The notes beneath the pieces were generated by a model. The model worked only from the letters and a program-made list of their open reading frames with translations, had not been told where the DNA came from and did no database searches. Both the position numbers and the translations under genes were made by a program. From NCBI GenBank assembly GCA_951406725.2, contig OX597821.1, forward strand, positions 28,520,001 through 28,584,000: 64,000 nucleotides of DNA, given 5' to 3'. This document shows, piece after piece, positions 13,587-29,614 of the stretch. The DNA comes from Octopus vulgaris. Its lineage: Eukaryota. The first letter of the stretch is position 1. Every line of letters begins with the position of its first letter.

Positions 13587-15925
13587 AGTGAGTAGACGAA
13601 CGAAAGAAGGGCTTTATTAGGAGCTACATGTATAGATCAAACCAGTTTGATCCAGAATCCTTGTACTTTGACTTTCAAGAACGTGGTTAGTCTCCCGCCA
13701 TTGGAGTCTGAGTGAGAGTTCGATTGAAGAGAGTCCATGTTTAATGTTGGACGTTAGCTTACGACTGGACGACGAAGGTCACGTGGTATTGATGTCGGTG
13801 AATTCAGCAAAAGTAGTTAGATGGAAAATACCGCATGAGGAACAGGAAGTCGAACGCGTGGTGAACAGGAAATCGACTGACTGCGTGGTGGACAAGATAT
13901 CGGTTGGGGAGGTAGGAAGGAGTAATGGATGTGAAATAAATATGTATATGTACATATATATGCCCATATATCTGCCTGTATGCATCATTATTTACACGAC
14001 TGTTTATGCGTGCCTTGATGTGCATTCACACAACCGCGCGCGTGCACAAACACATACACAGAGATACACCCGCACACATATACACACACGTCCATCACAT
14101 CTACACACGTTGACAAGTACACACGCACACGTCTACACCTTTATTTCTATCTACATTTGCACATGTGCACGAGCACAAGCGAGCGCCCCCACGAGCATGC
14201 ACGTGTACAGACATGCATGCGCACGGGTGCACATGTATATGGGCGTGCACGCGCGCACATGTATGCCCTCGCACACATCCGTGTACGGTGAGAAGATACA
14301 TATGCGCACTCACGCACACGTACCCATACTCGTGTGGTCATGCACAAAGGGTAATGTACAAGGGGTGAGAATATGAGGGTAGACAGGGATAAGGAAGTGC
14401 AGGGAATTGGTGATTTCCGGTGCTGTTCATGCTGTTCACGGTGACCTTGGTGCAGGTAGTGCTAGGGTTGGCTGGTACTAATAATGTATATCCGGCTTGT
14501 CGGCGGCTATTGGTTTTAAATTTTCCAGAAGGGGGTACCTCTGGTGACAGCAATATGACGCCTCATAATTGTTGTTGATAGATATTGCAGGTTGGTAGAG
14601 GATATGAAGCTTTTCGTAGAAGCTTAGCAGGCAATTAGGGGCTCCAGAAGAATATGGTGTCACCCTGTTGATAAAAGTGCAGTTGATGCTGAGTGTTTCG
14701 TCTCAGAGATCACGCAATCTCGAAAGAAAGCGTGTCAGGGAGGTGCAGTTCTCTGTCCCTGGATCTAAATGCATGCAAGTGCTGGGAATTTCTTCCATTG
14801 AAGTCATTGGGTGTAATGCCTGTGTAGTGCCTAGTAATGCTGTCAGATACTGTAAGGGTGGCTCTATATACTACAGTCCTCGAGAAGCAGGATCCTCCAA
14901 GAGGGCAGGTGGTAAGATTTCTTAAGTTACAGGTTGGAGTTGGGGGTGGGGTTGACTGCGTTTTTACGTCTGTTGGTGCGATGTTAAATGGGGTGTTGTC
15001 TAAGCAAGAGTGGCTTAGCTTGACATTAAAGGGTTGAAAAGTTTGTAATATTTATGGCCTCTAGAGAAATGTTTCTCTATTAACGGCAGTAAGCTCCTGT
15101 GTACGTTGGTAGAAATTTATAAGCGAAATGGCGATTTGGTTATACCCGATGGGATTTTGGTGTTCGTCCACATAATGAAGCTTCTCAGAAAATCAGCTCC
15201 TAGCAGAAGCATCGTTGTATTGTGGGGTGGGGGTGCATTATTAAATATCTCCATATTGGCTGAGAGTTTAGACACCCGTTTGCCAATGCCTGAAACCAAA
15301 TTTCTAATTGAAACGACAGTGGGTTTGAGCACTTGTGGATATAAACCGTTTCTTTGTAGTATTTGCTCGTATATAGGTGTAAGGTTAAGTTCAAGCCGGT
15401 AGTCAGTTTGGTAGTAGCCGTTATGGACAAGCCGAACATTTTGTATATTCTCAGTAAGTGATTCCTTAACCAGTCCATGGCGTGGTCATTCATATGGCTC
15501 AGGGAGGCCAGGTTATTGTCCTTATAGAGGGCTGAGAGTAACCAAAATATATAACCCAACGATTTCGGCAATTTCAGCCACGTCAAAGTTCCCCATAGCG
15601 ACATCAAATAATGAATCATCTTTTTTAAGCCAGAAGGAATCATTATGCAGCAAAATTGACTGTCTGGCATTCATGATGATCCTGTTATCAAGATCACTAT
15701 TACAGGTAAATTGTTGATCAAAATTTAGGACATTTAGGAGAAGAGGCTTAGATATGGAAGTGTAGAAGTCAACTATATCGAACTGGAGGAATCGTCAGCC
15801 TGATTTGTTTTCGAAACCGCGGAACCAGTCTATTACAGCTGCGCTGGAGTTCCATTCAGTCAACACCATAGCCTTTTGATGTCAGAGATGATGGTATCGA
15901 GAATACGCTTGCTAATGATAAGTTA
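13585..15925 (-). mobile_element. Penelope-like retroelement (RT plus C-terminal GIY-YIG, probably Nematis-like), degraded, with low-complexity 3' region
   Basis: Minus-strand RT pieces: WNSSAAVIDWF, FLQFDIVDFYTSIS, FDVAMGNFDVAEIAEIVGLYIL, LYKDNNL. Endonuclease pieces: TCNLRNLTTCPLGGSCFSRTVVYRATL...HYTGIT...F.GR..QH, NCLLSFYEK. AATAAA near 13613 on the minus strand, then (TA)n. Confidence 0.85.
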
Positions 15926-16046
15926 CTTAATTTGAGCGTATACATCTTCATGTGTGTGTATGTGTGTGCGTGTAAGCCATGTGTCTAAGGGCTTAGTTGT
16001 GTGTCTGCGCTTTTGCGTGTCATGTACATAAATACATACATATATA

Positions 16047-16084
<38 letters not shown>

Positions 16085-16260
16085 CGTATGTATGTATGTA
16101 TGTATGCATGTATGTATGTATGTAAGTATGTTTTTAGATTTGGCGACGTAAACAGAAATAGAATTCAAAATAAGAGTATATGAATATTTTTATCAATATT
16201 TAACAGAAGCAATAGAGTGACGCAAGGGCCGAGAGCTTTGTGCACCAGCTCTTATGAAAC

Positions 16261-16535
<275 letters not shown>

Positions 16536-17009
16536 TATAAACATATACTTATACACTTGTATGCAGATAAATTTTATCCATAGAAAGACCTGAATAGATA
16601 TAATTAAGTAATCAATATGCTGGCTTTTCTTATTTTGTTTGCCAACTAAGTATTAATATTTGATTTATCACATTCTGCAACGGCATATTTCTTCCACATC
16701 CTTATTTCTTTCATGATGATACTCTTTGAATTAAAGTATTTTAATTAAATCTTACACTATGTTCAATAATATATATATACATATATTCTCCTGTATCTAT
16801 CTATGAGTATCTCTCTCCTCTTCTACCACCTTACCGTCTCTATCAATCTATATGTAATATCTTATAATACGTTCGATCTATGTTAACCATTATTGTGTAC
16901 GTACACGAATATATGTATATCAGCGGTGCTGCCCCAGCATGGCCGCGGCCTTCGGGCTAAAACATTATTAAGGATTAAAGGATATTAGAATTTGCTCTTA
17001 TGCACATAC

Positions 17010-17057
<48 letters not shown>

Positions 17058-17059
<2 letters not shown>

Positions 17060-17331
17060 TTCTAAAACTCTCAAAGAGAGTCGTTTAGTAACAGTATTCT
17101 AAAGTAAAGATTATTTGCCAGCACACCATGGCAGTCCTTGTTGGGATGAATGTTACTGACATTTAGCCCTAGAAGGCATCGTCTCTGTGTCGTACAGCCA
17201 GCTAGAGAGGCTATTTCCGGGGCGAAATCACAGTAACATTCCTCCCTACCGGAACTGCCACATTATGTTGGAAAATAATCTTTACTTTAGAATACCGCTA
17301 CTGAATGATCCCGTTGAGAGATTTACAAATT
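17058..17331. mobile_element. Foldback/MITE-like element with long imperfect inverted arms
   Basis: CTCTCAA...GTATTCTAAAGTAAAGATTATTT pairs with AAATAATCTTTACTTTAGAATAC...TTGAGAG. TA-flanked; related partial copy at ~17470-17545. Confidence 0.7.
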
Positions 17332-17599
17332 ATAATGTTTCTATTTATTAGATTAGTGACTGTATGTCACTTTGAAAATTATATATATTTGTGAACAGGT
17401 TTTTAGCTGCGCCATCTCGAGCCAAGCAGTTATTCTGTGCCGAGGAAAGGAAATAACTGAGAAACCGCAGTCCACAGATATTGTGTCGTATAGCCAGCTG
17501 AAGACCGGGACTGCTGCATTATGTTGGCAGATAATCTTTACTGAATGTATACACACACACACACACAAACCGTATACGCATACATATATTTGTATGGTA

Positions 17600-17644
<45 letters not shown>

Positions 17645-17817
17645 TTTGTGACGCTATTTTGATGAATCACTGTATGCTTTGCAGATTACAAAATCATTAT
17701 TTTTAATCCAGAACTTTCAAATTTTGGTCATGGGTTAAATGTCACTCGGAAGTCATTGTATACAATATTCTCACTCAAATATGCATACATATCAACATAC
17801 ATACACACGCACGCACG

Positions 17818-17899
<82 letters not shown>

Positions 17900-18037
17900 T
17901 ATATAAGTTCAGCAAAATTTAGATTCAAATGAATATGGTACTTAAGTCAGAGGCACCAGAATTTTATATGGTATTATCCATATAAATCCATGGGGTGATT
18001 ATAATCAAAATAAACAACAAGTATATCTTCGGTAATT

Positions 18038-18121
18038 TGGTACGATCGTTTCATGCTACTTCATTTTGTTAAACATTGTAAGTATTACATCAGTTTTTAA
18101 ATGTTGAGCAATCTTCAGCCA
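18038..18121 (-). ncRNA. Type I hammerhead ribozyme motif in a PLE-like terminal repeat
   Basis: Minus strand: UGG-CUGAAGA-U-UGCU[loop]AGCA-U-GAAA-CGAUCG-UA-CCA. Core intact, palindromic helix III, short stem I. Confidence 0.65.
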
Positions 18122-18599
18122 TTTATAGAAGTCTTCCATCAAACGGACAATATATATACTTATTTCCATTTTCTTTTGCCAACGTTATAAAGATCGTAGA
18201 TATTCAGACAGAGAGGTTGATTTGATTGTTAAGAACATGATAGTATTAAAATTTACCTTCTGACTATAGATTTTTTCTTTAGTTATTCAAATCTCTTAGT
18301 GGGGAGGGAGGGATTTTCGGTTGGATAGAGACAGAAAATTCTTCTATTTATAGATATAGGAAGGGGTAAAATATATGTTAAAAGTTATTCATGTTGAAGT
18401 TTAAGTGGTAGGGGAATTATAGGCTATTAATGTCTCAGAGTTTTCAATGCCCACTACTACTTGGCATCCTGATTTTACATCAAGAAAACTAAGCGAATAT
18501 CCTTTAGACAATTAACTAAATGATTTCAATAAACATTAGTATCTCATATAGTAATAGAAAGTATAACAGTCTCAACGAAATATACACCGCCGGAAGTTC

Positions 18600-19137
18600 T
18601 TGTTGAAAACAACAGCAGTAATTTTACTCAGCTGAATACACGTCATTGATTGGTTGTAATTACCGAAATACTACAACTTTAACGTGAAATAACTTCCTAA
18701 ATATCAGCTTTTCTCAAAATTGCGAAGAGTAAAATATGTTTTATATGGCACATCCGATGTTTGAAAGTGTTTAGTTACTAAAAAAATATTTTAAAATCTG
18801 TCGGTCAAAAGGTAAAGATCCTCGTTTGTATTACAATGTTTGTCACAACAAATCTACGGATATGTGTAGTACCTAATAGATTATAAATGTATTTGCTCGT
18901 AGGTTTCCGTTTAATATAAGAGCTAGAGAAAATAGCAGTTTTTCTAGCGGTGTCATATTGAAATTGCCGAAATGCAAGAAATTAAAGACGAAATATGTTA
19001 CAAACTACAGAATTTTCTGAAGAAAGCCAAGAGAAAAAGATGTTTTATAAACACATTCTACCAGCATACGAAGTTTAAAATTTTTTAGTTACCTAGAAAT
19101 TATGTTAAAAACTGCCGTTCAAACCGAAAAGATCCAT
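18600..19137. repeat. Two adjacent copies of an interspersed repeat ending AAAGATCC (possible third end near 6908)
   Basis: 18600-18821 and 18925-19137 share AATT.CCGAAAT, TTAGTTAC and AAAGATCC blocks. Confidence 0.55.
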
Positions 19138-21286
19138 AGAAACATTTGTTTACTTTTAATTCCAGTTATTGTCGCATTTAAAAGCGCAATATAATTCTAT
19201 GTACTTCCGCGGGTTGTATATAATTTAAATACTTTATTTCGCTGTCAGACATATGGCAACATCGTTTCTGCAGATGAGCTAATGGAAAATAAACTCGAAA
19301 CACACAAAATGCATATTCAATTATTTTATTATTTGACCAACTCTTAAAAACATTAATACCCACAAATTACTTTAAGGCTTGTTTTTATTATAATTATTTT
19401 TTTTCTTCGTAAAATGCTACATTTCGAATTACGAAATATCGTTTCCAATATATTTGCTCAAAACAATAGTTTTCTGATAAGGCAATTATGTCCCGACATA
19501 ATTAGTTGTTTTAGGCGATCCGTCTGAACATAATTCAAACGGCATGTGCATGTAGATGGAAAAGAGAGAGAGAGTGAGATGGAGAGAGAGACAGAGAAAG
19601 AGAGAGAGAGAAAGAGAAAGTGGTAGAGATGAAAAGAGACACAAAGAGAGAGAGAGGGAGAGATGGAGTGAGATACAGAGAAAGAGAGAGGGTGAGACAG
19701 GTACAGAGTCTGTGCATGTGTATGCATGTGTGTATATGTGTGTATGCCAGTATTACACAGAATGCTATTTGAGGAAAACCACTTACATTACCGGTAAAAA
19801 GGAAGATTTCTTGGATTAACTTAAATCATAATGCAATATCTTGACACAGATGTTATATGGTTTGCCTCAAAAAAAAATATTCTAAATGAAATATTAATAA
19901 TTCTCAAAATTAATGAATGATAAATTTTGCAGAATCCTAGCAACAAAGCTCATGTGGATGTATGTATATATGTATGTATTTACGTATGTATGCATGTATG
20001 AATACATGTATGTATATGCGCAGATTTGTATGTCTTATTAATGTCTTCTGTAAATAATGTAAATAATGTACATAAATCCCCATCTCTTAAATATAGAACT
20101 GCTCTCTCTCTATATATATATATAAGGAGAGATAGATAAATATATAGAGATGGATGAATATATAGAGATAGATATATGGAGAGAGGGGGGAGAGAGGTGT
20201 AGGGAGAGTGGGGGAGCTTAGAAATAGGTAGAAATATACATATACACTGGCGTGGCTGTGTGTTTCAGAAGCTCGTTTTGTAAACACGGGCTTTCGGGTT
20301 CAGTTCCACAGCTTGGTAGCTTGGACTATTGTCTTCTACTCTAGGTAGCATATGGTGTATACGTTGATGATTTATGCCGTCTCTGATATCGTGATCATTT
20401 GTAGAGAGTGAATTGAGAATTTTCCTCGACCCAAAATCTCGAGTTCAGCCATAGTTTGCTCCCGACACTTTGGAATGTATGTATGTATGTATGTATGTAT
20501 GTATGTATGTATGTATGTATGTATGTATGTATGCATGTATGTATGTATGTATGCATGCATGCATGTGTGTGTACCTCTCTTTCTCTGTCTCTCTATGCAT
20601 TTCTCTATCTATTTATCTATCTGTAAACATATTTACCTTCCTAATTATCCGTTTAACTAGCTCGCTAGCTACCTATCTATCTACTTTACTATATATGTAT
20701 ATATTTATTTAAAATAATATTTCAACTTATAAACACAAAGATACTTATGTGCGGTGGGGAGACGTATGTGCATGTGGGTATTTGTACGCGTGTAAACATC
20801 AAATTTAGTAATAAAGTAACATTTTATGGTAATATGTTTAGCCTACTAATGCAAAATGCAATATACTTCAAACACATATACACGAACACATAAACATACC
20901 CTCACTCACACACAATCGTTCACGCATACTCTCGTACGCAGGCACACATACACACATATATGCATGTATATTTTTATGTGTTTGTGTGGAAATATATGTG
21001 CGTGTATACATACATACATACATATATATAGATGGTCATGGGACGGTTATGTCCCCTGTCAATGAATATATATTGTTACAGCATTAAGAGTCTCTAACTT
21101 TCATTTCTAGCAATATTAGTACTCGCACCCTTGGTTATATTTAATGAAGATTAAATTTTATGTACGCACACACACACACACACATATACATTCACACATA
21201 TATTTTTGTGTGTATGTATGTGTGTATGTATGTGCGTATGTGTTTGCGTGCGTATGTGTGTGTGTGTGTGAGTATATATATATATA

Positions 21287-22633
<1,347 letters not shown>

Positions 22634-24144
22634 GCCTCTGTGTGTGTGTTACGGAGATGTACTTGCATAATAAGTCACCTGATCTGAGATCGTGTGCTGA
22701 AACGGAAATAATTGCAGTGTGGAATGTGTTTATAAGCCATTTAAAAGCACACAAAAACCGTTGGATGCACTTCAACATTTAATTTTAATTTGCCAAAATA
22801 TTTTTGTCGGTTTGAGACCGCAACCCGATCACTGACAAAATAAGAATTGATGATTCTTAATGCTCTATGAGGAAATGGACTAGGTAAAACCCAGGCTACA
22901 TATTTTTCCAGGCTAGGGGAACCTCGGAAGAAATAGTTACTCAACGAGGAGTACTCGTTGAGTAACTATTGCCTCCTCTGAAAATTGTTTTGTATATTTT
23001 CTACAAACTGCTCAAAGCCTACTAACTTCGTACACTTAGATGCTCGAAGCTTACATTTAAATATTATTATACATACATAAATAAATATATATATACATGC
23101 ATACAGACATACAGACAGACATACATACATGCATACATATACGTATGAATGTGTGTGTTTGTCCGCGAGACCTTAGAACTGCAGATGGAATTGACTTAGG
23201 AGGGTTAAAGTAGACTGCTGTGCCATGTTCAGAATTCCTACTTTCTAACATTGCTTTAAATCTATCCGATAGCGGATATTGTGGAAGATAAATAGATTTC
23301 ATAAGAACAGAAATATAACAACAGATAAAGACAGGAATATATGTAATGAAGATGGTGAGGGCTAAAGGAAACAAGAGAGATACAGAGAAAGTTAGAGAAA
23401 GCTAGAGAAATGGTGTGATGATAGATAAAGAGAAATATAAAGGGAGTGATGTTGGGGCAGACGGAATGGAAAGGTAAAGAAAATAAATGGAATTCATGAG
23501 TGTGATAAAGAGACACATGAGAACAATATTCAGTGACAAGGAAATTTATTGATACATATAAATTCTTCACTCCTAATTAAATTGTACTTTGTTCTTGAAG
23601 CATTCACTGTATTTATATTGAGTAAAATGGCGGTTGTGATAGAATCTGGAATCTTATTATCGATTTTACCCTGTGATTATAATATGATGAAATTTTTCAC
23701 AAAGTGCTGTAATCTCCCGAACATAATGCCTATTGTTGCCTAATTGCACTACGATTAAAGCAAGTCTCGATGCAGGATACATTTTCATTCGCGTATAGAT
23801 GTGGAAACAGTGATTACATATCATATTCACATTAAGTTTGAGAGGTTTAGCAATTGACAGAAGGATATTTCGAAGATATTCACACGACGTGGAGAGAGAT
23901 TCCATGTATTTAGCACTCATTCACCAATTTCAACCTCTAAATTTAACTATAATGACATAAACGCGTTAATTATTACGTGTAGAAATTACAACTAACCGCA
24001 TGTCCAATCTACCGTCCGTCCGTACATTATATCTCTATATACATACGTACATACATACATACATGCGTGCATGCGTACATACATATATACATACATACAT
24101 AGACGTATACACACGTGGACAGACTGACCGACAGCAAGACAAAC

Positions 24145-24377
<233 letters not shown>

Positions 24378-24697
24378 TAATGAATGACAAAAGAACCCGA
24401 ATTACATTACCAATTTCATCAGCTTACAGCGGTTTCATCTAGCTGATCGAAACAATACTTAGTGAGAAGTAGTACGATTCTCACTTCATTTCGTGGGATC
24501 CAGAATAAATAAATCATTTACGGTGAGTAGGTACATTTATTAGATGATTGAATGTGTTTCGCGAGGTTCAAGAGAGACCCGCTGCCATACATAGTTTTAT
24601 GTTTACTAACCTAAAATAACCTAAAGTAGAGTGATCTAGAAATATTCTCTACACCACGGCAAGGCAGAAATTTCTCACTCTGTTCAGAGTCGTTAAG

Positions 24698-24850
24698 GTA
24701 GGCCTGATTGTGTTGTAAGAAACATGCTTCGCAACTTCGTAGTTCCAGATTCAATCCCACGGCGTGGCATGTTAGACAAGTGTCTTCTATTATAACCCCG
24801 AGTTGTCCAAAGTCTTGCGAGTAGATTTGGTTGACGGAAACTGAAAGCCG
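24698..24850 (+). mobile_element. SINE family A 5' fragment (degraded); another at ~20248-20342
   Basis: CAAGTGTCTTCTATTATA...GATTTGGTTGACGGAAACTGAAAG. Confidence 0.7.
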
Positions 24851-26015
24851 CTCGAAAACGGAATCTTGAGTTTCAGTATTAAAGCCTAATGCATACATGT
24901 CCAGACTGATATTTTCACTGTTCTGTCACTCGTTATAAGTATCATTGCTACGTCTATGACGTCAACATTGGAGGGATGTATATATTGCCTACAAAGAAAG
25001 CGAATGATGCTGCGAAAATATTTTCCCCCATTTTAAATAATTTACTCTTAGAAGTAAATTCACATCGAACTGGCTATGTTTTCCCTTGTTATATTCGGCA
25101 TATTCGTCATGATTCAACAAAATATTGCAATATCGATAATCAATAGGTAGAAAATGAAATATTTATTATGCCGGGCACCGTGAACGAATAAAAATACAAG
25201 TGCCATTGCCTTCGTGTATGTTTAGTAAACGCAAATTGCCTCAAAGAAACTGATATATGTAGTGATAGTTACATCTAGGTTTAATTCAAATGCAAGAAAT
25301 GGTAACAAATAGATTTAAGAACTTCTTTCGCACAACGAGCTGACAGTGCATGTATATTACTTGAAACGTACCTCAAAGCGCAATATATATGCAATTATAA
25401 AATGTTTGCTATCGCTTGTGAACGATGGAAGAAGCCATTTTATTTGAAATAGAAAGCCATCATTTTCAACAAAAGTTACAAAGTAAGGACATCATGCCCA
25501 CACATACGAAGATAACTACTTACGAATCGTGAAAATAGACCATTCGGTTTAAGCCATTCATATGTACTAGCAGATAAGCGTATATGTAGCAAAAAGGCAA
25601 AGAGATACAACCCTCTATATCCAATAACGAATATACAAGGATAAAAGTGAAATTAAATGTTGATAAATTTTTCTTTGCATGTGGAAATGTGGAATCACAA
25701 GGACTGTATTGACTGGCAACCAGGGAGAAGAGATACTGAGCATTAAGTTAGTAACATGGAAACACTAAAATGAAGGACCAAGTTAACATTACTATCGATT
25801 ATATAAATATAGGTGTTTGTGTGTGCGTTTGTAATTTTCATTTATGTATGATAACCTATTCTGGTATATTGCTTTTTAAATATTCCAATTAATACTATAG
25901 GTACTAAGTGCATAGAAAGGTTTAGGGACGTTTTTGATAGGATCCAGTTTAAAATAAAAGAATAAGAGAATGAGAAGGCAGCTCGTATATATGTATATAT
26001 ATATATATATACATG

Positions 26016-26074
<59 letters not shown>

Positions 26075-26104
26075 ATGTGTGCATATGTGTGTGCCTGTGT
26101 GTAT

Positions 26105-26260
26105 GTGTGACTGTGTGGTAAGTAGCTTGCTTACTAACTGCGTAGTTCTGGGTTCAGTTCCACTGCGTGCTACCTTGGGCAAGTGTCTTTTACAACAGAC
26201 TCGAGCCAACCAAATCCTTATGAGCCGATTTGGCAGGCGGAAACTGAAAGAAGCCTATCG

Positions 26261-26316
<56 letters not shown>

Positions 26317-26432
26317 TGTGTTTACATATCTGTGTTTGTGCCACACCATCGCCTAACACCGATGTTGGTGTGTTTACGTTCCTGTAGCTTAGCGGTTCGC
26401 TAAACAGAGCGATAAAATAAGTACTATGCTTA
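26105..26432 (+). mobile_element. SINE family A
   Basis: Homologous to 9546-9850, with an internal TA/TG tract. Confidence 0.85.
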
Positions 26433-26547
26433 CTATATATACTCCTCTGACGAGATTATATATATATATATATATATAAAATTAAATCAAAGCTCAGAAC
26501 ATGGATATGTAACATTAATATAATTCATAATTGCAAAGATTCAACAT

Positions 26548-28345
26548 ATTAAATTCCAGTAATTAAAGCATTTTATTGGGCAAAATCTCATCGGAGGACT
26601 AGAAACGATATGCCATTAGGTTTTTAGATGTTATTCCTTCAAAAACACCTCAACCGATTGACTATCATTTCACTACTAATATAAACATTGGATAGGGGAT
26701 AATCAGTTGTATTAGGGTAATAATTGATAAATAAAGGTTAGATAATGAGTTACAGTGAATAATTATATCATATGAATTATAGAAGAAATAAGTGAATACT
26801 TATATGATTTGTTTATAAAATTGATGGGATTTATATGTAAACTAATTTATAAAATAATTATAGTCAGAAAGGTCCTTCATATTATTATATGTATAGTGCA
26901 CACACACAAACATATATATATATGTGTGTATGTATGTATGTATGTATGTATGTATGTATGTATATACATACATATATACACACACAAGCACGTGTACACA
27001 TTCAAGATATCCACTTATAGAGAGAAAGATATACATATAAGTAGCAATATATGCATATATACAAAAAACACATACACATGAAATACACGCACACAAGCAA
27101 AATCGAAACAGCTGTAAGGTAATAATGCTGAAGGTTTGCATTTATGAAATTATATTAATGCTACATCTTCATTTTCTCATTTTTCATTTGAATATTTATA
27201 AACCGACATTTATACTTAAACCTATTATTTTAAGAATATTACTATTCACAAAAAATTATAGGCAGTAAATCAGTAATTCATTCGATTTGTATCCTTTAAT
27301 GAAGCTAGTTTAACCTCTATTTAAATTCATAAACTATTCCTTTATTTATTACTACAACTGCAATAAACGTAAGCAAATATGGATTACATTGGTAAAATGA
27401 AGACAGTAAAAATGGACTCCTCTTTAAAAGAAGTACCAATTCCTGCTAAAATGTATATATGAAACAACTCATCTCAAAAACTAACCATTTCATCCACAGA
27501 CTCAGATGAGAAGCCTTACATTTTGATACAAAAGAGTAATCACAATCATAAATCTCAACAATGATAAGGAGAATATTTCAAGACATTTCAAAACAAACGA
27601 AACACGGCCACCCAATAAACATCTATATACATTTGAAGAAGACCTGTGAACTATACTCAAAAATATAAAATTCACTAAATACCTGCTTAGAAGAAAAGAA
27701 CACCAGAGGGAACTTAAGGATATAATATACGAACTAAGGTCCCAAAATGGAATTTTAGTACATTCAGACGTCAAAACAAAAATGCATACAACCTCAATAT
27801 CGAAACCTATCATAACTTTATTCAAGAAGAAATAACAACAAAATGTAAAATAGCAATAATATTTTTAGATCAATTAACTTAGATGCTAAAACAATAATGT
27901 CGGATTACGATAGTGATGACAAAACTGAACCTTTCACACCTATTAGACCTCGCATTACACTAAAAGACCACAAGGATAATATCCTAAATAACCCTAATGT
28001 TAGATTAATATGTCCAACCTAGGTAGATTAAGTAAAATTATTTTAGATAAATATATTCCTAGACTTATAAAAAAATATTACTCTAAACTGGTTCTCAAAA
28101 ATTCAAAATAAAGAAAAAAGATAAATTTCTACAGAAAAACATACATAATTACTATTCTACTCTCAACCCTACTATATTAAATAGTGGACTTACTTTTGCT
28201 AGAAAAAAACACATTACAATGAAAAAACCAACATAATACAGTCCGTAGATCTTTAATTAACTTCGACAAAAATTGTGGACCAGAAAAGATACTCCCAATT
28301 GTTTTGATATTAAAATGGGCGCGGCCCACTCCGCCCAACTAATAA
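26548..28345 (+). mobile_element. Penelope-like element: 5' terminal repeat with an inverted segment, followed by a decayed N-terminal/RT ORF
   Basis: ORF remnants SLKEVPIP, QLISKTNHFIHRLR, ITLKDHKDNILNNPNVRLICPT and FDIKMGAAHSAQL. 26548-27096(-) and 27097-27330(+) are homologous to 31185-31955(+). Confidence 0.8.
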
Positions 28346-28692
28346 ATATTTACCATATATACCTAGCTCGATTTATTCACTTACACATAAGTCCTATCAC
28401 TGTAACAGCGAATCTCTACTGATTATCTTTTTGTACACATATCGATTATTTTTCTATTAAAATTTTTTTAACCATTGCTACCTTTTTTTTATCTCAATTA
28501 TCCAATATTCTGGAATTGAATTGCTATACTTGATAATTTCTATATCTAAGTTTTGTATCTGATATATTCCACATAGCTTTTTCTTTTCATTATCTATACT
28601 GATGAATCATCAACTATATATTAACACAAGATACCCACTCATATCATTATATTAATATACTTTCTGCATATATTTAATTTTCCACCACGCAG

Positions 28693-28736
<44 letters not shown>

Positions 28737-28860
28737 TCCCGTATATATAAGTATCTTCGCATATTAATAATTTAATTTAATCATTTTTTCATACTTTTAA
28801 ATGCTACAATATTACTTTATTATACCGACAAATCTTTATATATATATATATATATATATA

Positions 28861-29614
28861 ATTAACAATTAAGGAACGGCCATAATAGGCCATTCACCCA
28901 CTAGAAATAACAGCCAAAGCTTCTACCGCAAATAAAGATCAATTCCGTAAACAGGAGAAAATTAAAAAAACATTTACCCTGTAATTTCTTGTACGGTATA
29001 CCGTTTCATCTGCTGTTTAATGGTAAACTAACCTGATTAAATTAAATCAAGCCAATCTTCCATAAGCCCTCAGATTCTTCAGCAAGAAATAGCTCAAGTC
29101 GGAACAGATATTTACACGAGGCGTACCCAACCCTGCCAAGGCAATATCTGACCTAAAATTTTCAAATCGTCGCACTCGCGCCAAATTTATCGGCAGCAAA
29201 TAAATATCAGCCGTCGATTCCATTACGGAGTTAACCAAAAAATTCATAATTAATCAATATAGGGTGGCAAGGAAAATTTTGTAGAATTTTATTGCCACCA
29301 GCGGCCCAGTGGGAAAAAATTAAATAGTCATAGACCATTTTTAAGTTCAACATTAACAATTAAGGAACGATATATTCACCCACTAGAAATAACAGCCAAA
29401 GCTTCTACCGCAAATAATTTTTTTTTCTATTTTTTTTTTAATTTTCTCCTGTTTACGGAATTGATCTTTATTTGCGGTAGAAGCTTTGGCTGTTATTTCT
29501 AGTGGGTGAATGGCGTTCCTTAATTGTTAATGTTGAACAAAAATGGTCTATGACTATTTAATTTTTTCCCACTGAATAAAATTCTACAAAATTTTCCTTG
29601 CCACCCTATATTGA

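Noticed and set aside
13620-13660. Hairpin GATCAAA-CCAG-TTTGATC next to an ACATGT palindrome at the PLE 3' end; possible hammerhead
   Set aside because: Neither CUGANGA nor GAAA is preserved.
14900-15810. TGA (NKSG*RFLQFD) and TTA (CNLR) at likely Cys positions in the PLE ORF, suggesting selenocysteine recoding as reported for Naiad PLEs
   Set aside because: The copy is heavily decayed with many lesions, has a C-terminal endonuclease (not the Naiad order), and shows no evident SECIS. A family consensus would be needed.
22788-22840. Three-stem hammerhead-like fold at the end of a repeat (minus strand)
   Set aside because: Core nucleotides are too divergent to call.
23666-23920. 84-aa non-repetitive ORF
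   Set aside because: No recognisable motif or splice context, and the length is compatible with chance.
24400-24460. Half motif GAAACCGCTGTA (minus strand); similar halves at ~5245, ~5980, ~11170 and ~16258
   Set aside because: No matching upstream CUGANGA and stem II were found.
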